Source of the DNA: Minisyncoccota bacterium
Lineage (GTDB): Bacteria > Patescibacteriota > Minisyncoccia > Phycocordibacterales > JBAZVT01
DNA length: 64,000 nucleotides
Assembly (NCBI GenBank): GCA_041660745.1
Contig: JBAZVT010000003.1
Coordinates: forward strand, 1,880-65,879
Reading direction: 5' to 3'
Positions 37,251 through 48,700 of the stretch are shown here, piece by piece; position 1 is the first letter of the stretch; every line of letters begins with the position of its first letter. Both the position numbers and the translations under genes were made by a program. The notes beneath the pieces were generated by a model that saw only the letters and a list, made by a program, of their open reading frames with translations, was not told the DNA's origin and ran no database searches.

Positions 37251-37360
37251 TTCTGGCGGCTAGCTACTTTCCCCTCCATAAGAGTATCATCACCGCAAGA
37301 GAGCTTAACTTCTGAGTTCGGAATGAGATCAGGTGTATCCCCTCCGCCATACCACCAGAA
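37251..37360 (-). rRNA. rrf: 5S ribosomal RNA
   Basis: The minus strand reads TTCTGGTGGTATGGCGGAGGGGATACACCTGATCTCATTCCGAACTCAGAAGTTAAGC...CCGCCAGAA. This gives helix I pairing and the conserved CCGAAC / AGAAGTTAAGC loop-B/C region. Confidence 0.9.
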
Positions 37361-37498
37361 CTTAAAATTCGATATATCAAAAAACAAACCTAATAATTAC
37401 ACGGAAATACACACATCTCGCCCATCGCGAGTAGTATATAATTCCATGTAACAGGGTAAAAAACAAAAAATCTTTCTGTGACGTATCACAGAAGTGGA

Positions 37499-40916
<3,418 letters not shown>

Positions 40917-41221
40917 ACCACAATATATTTTTTGTTTTTGTTTTACCCTGTTACATAGAATCATCTACATAACAAGTTACTTCTACATTTTACCTGCGTA
41001 TCTCCAGCTTCGAAAAGACCATATAAAATGGTTGCTGGGATACAATGAACAAATCTTATCCCGATGTGAATCGAGAATCAGCAAATGTTATTTTTCAAGG
41101 TATCGATCGTTCGGAAATAAAAAACCGCTTTTTGAGGCGGGGGTGGACTACACAAGAATACTTGGTCGTCTAACTCCGCTTTAAAATGTGGTTAGTGATC
41201 TGCATATCTGTAATGGGTATT

Positions 41222-41249
41222 AGTATACTCATAGAATAAATCCTGTCAA
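41222..41249 (-). promoter_or_regulatory. Putative rRNA promoter (TTGACA, 16 nt, TATACT)
   Basis: The minus strand has TTGACA (41249-41244) and TATACT (41227-41222), about 300 nt upstream of the 23S 5' end. Confidence 0.55.
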
Positions 41250-41369
41250 CACTTTTTCATTCCTTTTACATATTGCACATACAGACACCTCTTTTGTATA
41301 CATTTTAGCCCTAAGATCCTATTCAAAATCTAAACGCAAAATAGTAATATAAATATTTGCTTGTCTGTC

Positions 41370-41470
41370 TAAACTTCCAAATTTCGGCTACAAATCAATT
41401 ATTTCTCCTCAACAGGTCTCGACATGCTTCGTCGAAATAAATTATTTTTCGCTCGAAATTTGGAAGTTTA
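41370..41470. repeat. 101-bp element bounded by a perfect 17-bp inverted repeat
   Basis: TAAACTTCCAAATTTCG (41370-41386) pairs with CGAAATTTGGAAGTTTA (41454-41470). Flanking TGTCTG / CAGACA extends the stem, and there is an internal palindrome TCGAC..GTCGA. Confidence 0.7.
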
Positions 41471-41504
41471 TTTCAGACATTAGATATTGAACAGGCTCTT
41501 AAAC

Positions 41505-41540
41505 AAAAATCACTTTCTTTTTGAAGAAAGCGATTTTTGC
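41505..41540 (-). terminator. Terminator after the gene at 41568..42251
   Basis: ATCGCTTTCTT pairs with AAGAAAGTGAT on the minus strand, followed by a T run. Confidence 0.7.
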
Positions 41541-41567
41541 ACGGTATATGTAGAGAATTACTACGTA

Positions 41568-42251
41568 TTATCTATTTGAAATCTCCTCGCGAGTTTTTTC
41601 AATAAAACGCGCTGCGGCCTGTTGGCCACCAAGACCAAAGGAGAGACCAAAGGCGAGAGCAACAGCAACCACAACACCAGTGAAGAGTGTCTGGATAAGT
41701 GAAGTTGCAATACCAAGTTGAACGAGAGCCATAAGAATCGCAAAGATCCAAATTGTCCAACGAGAAACCGTACCGATAAATCTTGCAGACTTTACACCAG
41801 CAGCTGTTGCTGAACCGGTAATCAATCTACTAACAATATCAGCAAAGACTGCACCGGCCACAAGGATGATTGCAGCAATTATTACCTGTGGCAAAAAGCC
41901 GACAACAAGCTGAGTCAGGATTCCTTTTACTTGCGAGAGACCAAGCACATCCACAGCAGCAATAAGGAAAGCGATTATGATAAACCACTTTACTACCCCA
42001 CCAATAAATGCACTTGAGTTCAATCTGAACCCGCCACGTGCAAGAACTTTTTCTAAGTTTGCTCTGCGAAGAACATCATCAAGCTTAATAACTGCGACAA
42101 GGCGAGCGATTGCTGAACCCACAAAAATCGCAACTACCCAGCCAATAAGAATAATAAGAATCGCTACGACAACTACTGGGACAAATCCTGCAACTCCAAA
42201 CCAGAGATTTTGGAATGAACCGAGTAAAACTTCTTTCCACGTTATTAACAT
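41568..42251 (-). CDS. Membrane protein with conserved TM-helix repeats (MscS-N-terminal-like)
   Basis: Repeated pattern of a hydrophobic helix followed by a short charged loop (VVVAILIILIGWVVAIFVGSAIARLV ...). Recognition is weak. Confidence 0.55.
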   Translation of the reverse strand: MLITWKEVLLGSFQNLWFGVAGFVPVVVVAILIILIGWVVAIFVGSAIARLVAVIKLDDVLRRANLEKVLARGGFRLNSSAFIGGVVKWFIIIAFLIAAVDVLGLSQVKGILTQLVVGFLPQVIIAAIILVAGAVFADIVSRLITGSATAAGVKSARFIGTVSRWTIWIFAILMALVQLGIATSLIQTLFTGVVVAVALAFGLSFGLGGQQAAARFIEKTREEISNR

Positions 42252-42362
42252 TGTTCGTGATTAATTATTACTAGTAATGAACCCCTTTATTATAGCATTT
42301 ATGAAGATGGTGGGTAGTCCTTTCACCATGCTCCCACAAGGTGAAAGCCTCGTGAAGTAGCT

Positions 42363-42409
42363 GGGAATAAAAATAGGGCGTTCTCAAAGAACGCCCTATT
42401 TTTATTCCC
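42363..42409. terminator. 21-bp-stem palindrome / terminator
   Basis: GGGAATAAAAATAGGGCGTTC pairs with GAACGCCCTATTTTTATTCCC. Confidence 0.7.
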
Positions 42410-42434
42410 ACCTTCTACCTCCATTCTTCTTAAT

Positions 42435-43064
42435 TTATATAATGTTCAATTTATTGAAAACTTTCTCGTGTGGGTAATCAAGAATATCTCTCACAAGCTT
42501 GTCACAGACACCAAGACGGTACAGAAAATCGTCTGTCTCAAAAACAGAATATACAAGCTCCTTCCCCACTTCAGATTCCAATCCTTTCACCGCATTATCA
42601 AGAGCTGTTTTTTTAATGTTGTCGCCAACAATAAGAAGATCAACACGAGCATCCCAGTACTGATTGAACACTCCCGATGTTACTACCATTTTTATTTTTC
42701 CTGCCTTCATGAATCGCTCTGCGAGATCCCCTTTTGTAACTGGCATCATACTAATAAGAAATGTCTGAAGCGGTAAGAGATACTGACATTTATCATTAAG
42801 CTTCCAACCATGAAATTTCTTTGAAACAAAAACTTTCTTTTTTCCCTTTTTTACCTCGACAGATTTATGCACATCGCGCTTTATAAGCATACCGATACTT
42901 TCTAGGAGAGCGATTTCTTTCCGTGTTTCAGCTTTGCCAGTTTTAGAACGAGCCATGACATCATCGAGATCAAAAACCATCTTCTGATTAAACAAGAAGA
43001 GACGCATGATTTTTACTTTTGCGGCGCTTCCAAACAATTTCTGTAATGTGTCCATAGTATTCAT
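42435..43064 (-). CDS. Hypothetical protein with N-terminal winged-helix-like region
   Basis: KVKIMRLFLFNQKMVFDLDDVMARSK...EIALLESIGMLIKR looks like a wHTH. No family was recognised with confidence. The extended -10 TGGTATACT lies upstream on the minus strand at 43078-43086. Confidence 0.6.
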   Translation of the reverse strand: MNTMDTLQKLFGSAAKVKIMRLFLFNQKMVFDLDDVMARSKTGKAETRKEIALLESIGMLIKRDVHKSVEVKKGKKKVFVSKKFHGWKLNDKCQYLLPLQTFLISMMPVTKGDLAERFMKAGKIKMVVTSGVFNQYWDARVDLLIVGDNIKKTALDNAVKGLESEVGKELVYSVFETDDFLYRLGVCDKLVRDILDYPHEKVFNKLNII

Positions 43065-43116
43065 AATGGGTAATAGTATACCACACTCTTTTACAGTTTT
43101 TTAGTACCAATATTTC

Positions 43117-43178
43117 TGTCATTGCGAGCGACTTCAGCAGCTGGTACCCGAGAGCGGTATACTCGCGTGGCAATCCAG
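43117..43178 (-). repeat. CATTGCGAG / GCAATCCAG repeat unit (family C)
   Basis: CTGTCATTGCGAGCG....CGCGTGGCAATCCAG, which is the reverse orientation of the CTGGATTGCCACG..CTCGCAATGACAG units elsewhere. Confidence 0.75.
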
Positions 43179-43312
43179 TCTAATACCCACACCCCCAGTC
43201 GCATGCGAGGATGTACACAAAAAGCGGTATAGAAAAATTTTTAAACCAATTTCTTTTTCTAACAAAATTCGAGCTTTTGTACGCATGCAACGGGGTTCCG
43301 TTGAAATAAAAT

Positions 43313-43340
43313 AAAAACCCGCCTTTCGGCGGGTTTTTAT
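43313..43340 (-). terminator. Terminator after rplL
   Basis: AAAAACCCGCC pairs with GGCGGGTTTTT. Confidence 0.85.
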
Positions 43341-43341
43341 T

Positions 43342-43737
43342 TTATTTCAACTCCACTTTTGCACCTGCATCCTCAAGAGCTTTCTTGAGAGCCTCTGCAT
43401 CTTCTTTCTTCATACCTTCCTTGAGCATCTTTGGAGCTGCATCAACGAGGTCTTTTGCTTCCTTGAGACCAAGAGCAAGAGCTTCTTTTACAACCTTAAT
43501 AACTGCAATCTTCTGAGCACCTGCATCTGCGAGGTTAACACTGAAAATTGTTTTCTCTTCTGCCGCACCCGCTGCTGCTGGAGCTGCGACTGCTGTTGCT
43601 GCTGCAGAAACACCAAACTTAACTTCAAAGAATTTTACAAGCTCGTTGAGATCAAGTACTGACATGTTCTCAATTGCTGTTACGATATCCTTGAATTTTG
43701 CTGGAGTCTCAACAACTGTATTCTGTGCGTTGTCCAT
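43342..43737 (-). CDS. rplL: 50S ribosomal protein L7/L12
   Basis: Ala-rich hinge [17 protein letters not shown] and the C-terminal domain [24 protein letters not shown]. Confidence 0.97.
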   Translation of the reverse strand: MDNAQNTVVETPAKFKDIVTAIENMSVLDLNELVKFFEVKFGVSAAATAVAAPAAAGAAEEKTIFSVNLADAGAQKIAVIKVVKEALALGLKEAKDLVDAAPKMLKEGMKKEDAEALKKALEDAGAKVELK

Positions 43738-43807
43738 AATAATTCGTAATAATTAATAAATATTAAGCCTGCTTTTTCCTAAACCCTTCGGGTCGGACGA
43801 ACCTCAT

Positions 43808-44299
43808 TTATGAGGTTTTAGTCTTTGCGATAGCATCGAGAGCGATAACAAGTCCCTGTATTGGAGAATTGATAACGTTGACGAACATACCATAAAGAGT
43901 TTTCTGAGAAGGAATGAGGGCGATAGCCATCATCTCTTCTTTGTTCATAAACTTACCTTCGAAGACACCTCCGAGGATTTGAATTTTCTTGTCGAGCTTC
44001 TTCTGGAAGTCATAGACTTCGCGAGCTGCATCGGTAAGATCTTTACTGAATGCCATTCCAAGTTCGCCTGGGAGTTCTGGCAACGTACCAGTGACACCAC
44101 CATCAACAAGAGCTTTCTTAGTGATAGTTTTCTTAGCAATCTTGTACCCTATTCCCAAGCCCTTGAGAGTCTTGCGAATAATAGTAGCGTCAGCAACTGT
44201 CAATCCATGGAAGTTGAAGAGAACGATAGAACCAGAGGTTTTTACCGCATCACTTACTTCTGCATAAATTTCCTTTTTCTTTTCTTTTGAGATAGCCAT
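43808..44299 (-). CDS. rplJ: 50S ribosomal protein L10
   Basis: MAISKEKKKEIYAEV...FNFHGLTVADATIIRKTLK, located immediately upstream of rplL. Confidence 0.95.
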   Translation of the reverse strand: MAISKEKKKEIYAEVSDAVKTSGSIVLFNFHGLTVADATIIRKTLKGLGIGYKIAKKTITKKALVDGGVTGTLPELPGELGMAFSKDLTDAAREVYDFQKKLDKKIQILGGVFEGKFMNKEEMMAIALIPSQKTLYGMFVNVINSPIQGLVIALDAIAKTKTS

Positions 44300-44336
44300 T
44301 TGGAATTTTTTACGAACGTAGTGAGTTTAAAATTCC

Positions 44337-44403
44337 CACCCTGTTAAATCCCCTGAGTACAGGGAATCATAGAAATCTGATTTCTATGACATTTAACAGG
44401 GTT
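44337..44403 (-). repeat. Three-way-junction palindromic element, family Z, copy 1 (rplJ leader)
   Basis: The outer stem is CCCTGTTAAAT paired with ATTTAACAGGG. It encloses two hairpins, CCCTG..CAGGG and CATAGAAATC..(G)ATTTCTATG. Confidence 0.8.
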
Positions 44404-44505
44404 GTGAAAATATATTCGCTAGGCTCGTTATTTTCTACAAAATAAATCGACCCGTAAGGGCCTGATAAAAGTGAGATCTCACATATCAATAGATATGTGA
44501 GTAAA

Positions 44506-44611
44506 CCTCGATAGGCTATTCCAGCAAAGCTGGACGCCCGTCCACCGAAGGTGGATTAGGGACCTGTATTAAAGCGGTTTTCCGCTGCCTATTGTCTTTG
44601 GCCTTACGAGG
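44506..44611 (-). ncRNA. Structured leader RNA upstream of rplJ (candidate L10-leader-type autoregulatory element)
   Basis: On the minus strand, the closing stem CCUCG-UA-AGGC / GCCU-AU-CGAGG encloses three hairpins: GCGG-aaaa-CCGC, CCACC-uucg-GGUGG and CCAGC-uuu-GCUGG. It lies between a putative promoter and rplJ. Confidence 0.3.
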
Positions 44612-44615
44612 TACA

Positions 44616-44643
44616 TATTTACATAAAATAGTTCACTTGTAAA
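44616..44643 (-). promoter_or_regulatory. Putative rplJL promoter (TTTACA, 16 nt, TAAATA)
   Basis: Minus-strand hexamers at 44643-44638 and 44621-44616. Confidence 0.3.
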
Positions 44644-44705
44644 GCAAGTACCCGCAGAACAATCTTTTTAAAAAATATATAATTTTCTACTAAAACCCTC
44701 CATTA

Positions 44706-44746
44706 TAAAAAGGGTGCGGTCCGCAGCGGACCGCACCCTTTGTTTT
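44706..44746. terminator. GC-rich palindromic terminator
   Basis: AGGGTGCGGTCCGC pairs with GCGGACCGCACCCT, flanked by A and T runs. Confidence 0.8.
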
Positions 44747-44770
44747 CCAACCGAGCGACACAGGTGGTCG

Positions 44771-45031
44771 CTACTCTTCTTGACCGTTTTCAGGGCAGTC
44801 CGGTTCCAACTCACAAGAGAAGTAGTACCCGAGACAGACTCCAAAGAGAATGAAACCAATCGGTCCCCCAACAACAGTAAGAGCCCTGCCCCAGAAGTCC
44901 GATTCCCTTGGCTCAAGATGACTCCGGAAAAGTCCGAAATCCTGCCAAAGAAATATCAAAACGCTCCAGACAGAACAGCAGGCCCAAAGACATGGAAGCC
45001 ACTGATAAGGATTGTGAAAAAAGGCACTCAT
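44771..45031 (-). CDS. 86-aa hypothetical two-TM protein (high-G+C islet)
   Basis: Internal start of ORF 44771..45271, with SD AAAGGAGA 6 nt upstream. Reads MSAFFHNPYQWLPCLWACCSVWSVLIFLW...GGPIGFILFGVCLGYYF. Confidence 0.5.
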   Translation of the reverse strand: MSAFFHNPYQWLPCLWACCSVWSVLIFLWQDFGLFRSHLEPRESDFWGRALTVVGGPIGFILFGVCLGYYFSCELEPDCPENGQEE

Positions 45032-45077
45032 ACAGCATCTCCTTTCCCGAAAGTTCCTACACAGAAGGCAAGTACGA

Positions 45078-45365
45078 TTACTCCTGCATTGGTTTGTGCA
45101 GTATTCTTTCACGCCTCGCAAGCGCCCCCGCAAAATCGTGAGCACATATTGAGATGGGTCCGAAGAGGACCCTGAATATGTACAGACGCCACGATGCCCA
45201 CGAGAATTTCCCCCGAGAAAGATCTGGGAAGAAAACGAACGCAGCGCCGATTGAGTAGCGCAGCCACGCAAGAACCGCGAGGCCTACAACAACAGCAACG
45301 ATCCCGACGGGTACAACCAGACATTCCCACATAAGAATCTCCTTCCAAAAAATAAACATCCACAT
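45078..45365 (-). CDS. 95-aa hypothetical membrane protein (high-G+C islet)
   Basis: Internal start of ORF 45078..45458, placed after the upstream terminator hairpin, with SD GAGGA. Reads MWMFIFWKEILMWECLVVPVGIVAVVVGLAVLAWL... Confidence 0.45.
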   Translation of the reverse strand: MWMFIFWKEILMWECLVVPVGIVAVVVGLAVLAWLRYSIGAAFVFFPDLSRGKFSWASWRLYIFRVLFGPISICAHDFAGALARRERILHKPMQE

Positions 45366-45405
45366 TCTTTCCTCATCCTTTATACCACACCTCATATCTA
45401 ATATC

Positions 45406-45440
45406 AAAAAGACCCGGGCATGTGTATGCCCGGGTCTTTG
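45406..45440 (-). terminator. GC-rich terminator after the 79-aa ORF
   Basis: AAAGACCCGGGCAT pairs with ATGCCCGGGTCTTT, with a T run on the minus strand. Confidence 0.8.
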
Positions 45441-45464
45441 TCCTAATGATTTGGACAAACTACT

Positions 45465-45704
45465 TCACCCCTGAAACATGTTCGCAAGAGCAATGCGCTG
45501 ACCGACACCGACGTATGGCTTCTGTTCAGAAGCAGGGAAACAACCTGCTAGCGGTGTTCCATACCCCTCGGGACCCCACAACGAACCAGGCTTGTGATAC
45601 CCACGTCCACACGATGCGACAGCCGCCAAGTCGCAAGGAGGCAGGCCACTCACATCTGCCCACGTCAGATCGCTCACCTCAGCAGTAACGTAACCGCCAC
45701 GCAT
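45465..45704 (-). CDS. 79-aa hypothetical soluble protein (high-G+C islet)
   Basis: SD GGAGG 5 nt upstream of the ATG, and its own terminator. Reads MRGGYVTAEVSDLTWADVSGLPPCDLAAV...; no family recognised. Confidence 0.5.
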   Translation of the reverse strand: MRGGYVTAEVSDLTWADVSGLPPCDLAAVASCGRGYHKPGSLWGPEGYGTPLAGCFPASEQKPYVGVGQRIALANMFQG

Positions 45705-45783
45705 AGTGCCTCCATAGGTAAAAGAAAAGTTTATTCCGCGAACGCTCTATCACCAGAGTACCATATTGGAAGCATCGTGGGTA

Positions 45784-48700
45784 TTATTCTTCTTTTACCT
45801 CGTGTCCACCTTCAACAAAAATAATTTCCGGCACAACAACTTCTTCCGTTTGTAATTCTAATACCTCTAAAGGTTTATTTAGGGCATCATTTTTTTCCTC
45901 AACAACACCCTCCCCGCTTTCTAAATTATCGGGTTCTTTGTATTCATCGGCAATAGGTGTGGGAGTCTCTCCTTCTGTTTTTTCTTCAGAACTCACAGGG
46001 ACCTCCTCTTCCGTTTTTTCTAAAGTAGTGCTTGCTATTGATGCAGATTCCGTTTCTTCTAACATGGCCATTTGCATAGCACCGAAGACACCATCTTCGT
46101 GTATTTCAATAGCCTCAGAAAGAAGTGCAACAGTCACTGGATCTTCTGCATATGCGAGCTTAGGATTTCCTGACGGCACAGCATCAAACCATGGTGAAAA
46201 ATCGACAAGACCAAAGACTGAATCCCCCACTGCAAGATTATTTTTTATCTCTTCAAATGGCCCCGTCGCGTCACCCCACCAATTTTCTTGTGCGAGGATA
46301 GTATTTTCACCCGTAGAAAGAATGCCGTTTGAACGATTTCCAAATATTTGACTGCGAGCAACCGAAGCACTGTCCCCAAAGAAAAGAATCCCATATTCAT
46401 TACGGGCAAGTGTACTTGAAGCAATCACAACTTTCCCATCATCAAATATCCCAACACCCTCAGCTTCATTATCTGAAATATTTGAATTTGTAATCGTCAT
46501 TAAACCCGATGCCAAACTATTTCCAAATATTTCTACACCTGCACCACAATAAGAAATATCTGCATCAGAAATTTCTGCGGAAGAATTGTCGTATACATAC
46601 ACCCCTACCCCGTCCACACGGGAAATATTTGGACGTGTGACTTGGGCGGTGCTATTGGCATATATAGACAAAGCATCTCCAGAAATATTTGAAAGAGCGA
46701 GGTCAGAAAAAATCCCATGAGAATCCATGTACAGATTAATTCCGCCCGTAGTATTTTCAGCGCGCACGTCAGAAAGAGTGACCTCGGCCCCGTCGTATGC
46801 ATTCACAATGGAATCACCGCCAGAAATACTAGTATCCTGTATCGCAAGCGTACACTGTCTACAGGTGACGGTATCAGTATATGGAGAGCCTGTGATTGTG
46901 CTGTTTGAAATAACCACTGAAGAACTTGCCTGTGCACTTATTCCATCCTCAAGTTTTTTTATTTTTGTATATCCAAATACATTTCCTACAGACCCTGAAT
47001 AAAACTCCGTTGCACCAGTGCCATATTCAGAGAGTTCCCCATTATCAGAAGACCTCAAATCTCCCCCGACAGAATCATCTGTAAATTCAGTAAAAATAAC
47101 TGGATTGTCTGATGTGCCAAGCGACTTGATAGTACCCTCCACAGAAAGTCCTGTTGCATAACTCCCCCAACTTCCATTATCGTAAAATTTTACAATCGTC
47201 CCAGGCAAGAGTGTCAGCGTTGTTCCTGAAGCGACGTGTATATTACCTTCAAACACATACGGACTTTCTTCTGGAGTGAGTATCATATCTTCTGTAAAAG
47301 TTTCCCCTCTATACCACACAGTCGAAACACTGTTACGTGACTTTGGCGTGCCTAGGATATATCCATCTTTTGAATCTTTTCCATTTGCAATTTCTCCGGT
47401 GTTCGCATTCCAGTTTTCATAATCAAATCCCCCAACATACGGCGAGACCCGTTCCATGGTTCTTTTGTCACCAGTATCATTACTCCCCCCTGGCCAACTT
47501 CCTTCAACCAACACTGTCGTGTCTATGGTTGTAGATCCGTAATTTAGATTCAATATAACACCACTATTGTTGAGAGCTCCGACATATACAAGGTCTGCTT
47601 GGATATCTGAAACAGAAGTATTGTCTGTTCTCTCCAAGAGAAAGTAGCCATGGGCAGGAATTGTTTTTGATAATGAAATACGCGGTGTTCCAGTAGCTTT
47701 ACTATTAACAAGAGCCCAGCCCGAAAGATCTATATCATACGGAGTCGTGTTATACAGCTCCAACCATTCATCATTAGCATCAGCCTCTGTGCCCATCCAA
47801 GCAACTTCATTAATAACTACAGGCATCGTCGCAACAGACACACTCACTGCAACAGGCTCAGAATCACCACCTGCATTGTGTGCTGAGACAGTAAATTGTA
47901 AGTCACTTCTATCATCAACAACCACGCTGAGCCCAGAGTATGTGGTTGTAGAAACAAGACCGTTTAAATTAAATGTAAAATATTCAGCAATACCAAGAGA
48001 TTCATCTGCTTGCCAGGTCAACGTCAGGGTTGTTGTTGCAACTAGACAGCCAGTCGAGACGAGAGACTGCGAACACTCAGCGACTGAAAAATTTGTAACT
48101 CCAGGAAGCTCAGGAAGAAACGGTGACGGGATTACAGGAACCTCCGGTTCTCCGGGAGATGCTGTGTGGCGGGATCTATTTGACCCAGAATAAATAACCT
48201 GTGTTGGGTTATAAAAAGGCGCAAACACCCCAGTTGGGAAATTTGCGTCAGCTACTTTTGATTGATCTATAAAGCTCGGTGTAGAATTAAGTTCCAATCC
48301 CTCACCCTCATCAAGGACTGTGGTGATACTATTAGTAGTCTTTGACTGTAAAAAAGTAATTGATTTTATTGCAGACTGTGCAAAAGTCTGAGCACTTTCA
48401 CCTGTCTTTTTCGCAACAACCGTTGCTGTTGTCTTTCCGGTATATCCAAGAACGGAAGCGATATTCCCACCCGTTTGCACTGTCCACAACGTTCCATAAT
48501 TAGCACCCCTCCAGGCGCTTGTCGCAACTTTTGCCACAGGTGCACCTATGTAATCTGAGAAAAGATACGCAAAGCCAATTGGTATAAGTTGAAAAATATT
48601 TTTCTTCGCAAGACCCTCAGCAAGCTCTTTATCCTTCAGCGCCTCTTCTACTTGCTCCTGCTTTTGCTCTGCAAGATATTCCTCGCGCGCCGCTTTCGCC

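Noticed and set aside
41120-41148. A terminator-like hairpin CCGC-N8-GCGG plus a T-run between the rRNA promoter and 23S.
   Set aside because: The stem is only 4 bp with a large loop. It is too weak to call and could equally be part of an rRNA leader or antitermination region.
44714-45175. A 153-aa plus-strand ORF in the high-G+C islet.
   Set aside because: Its Arg/Pro/Lys/Thr-rich low-complexity translation is typical of the antisense frame of GC-rich genes. The minus-strand ORFs have SD sequences, TM helices and terminators in the right places.
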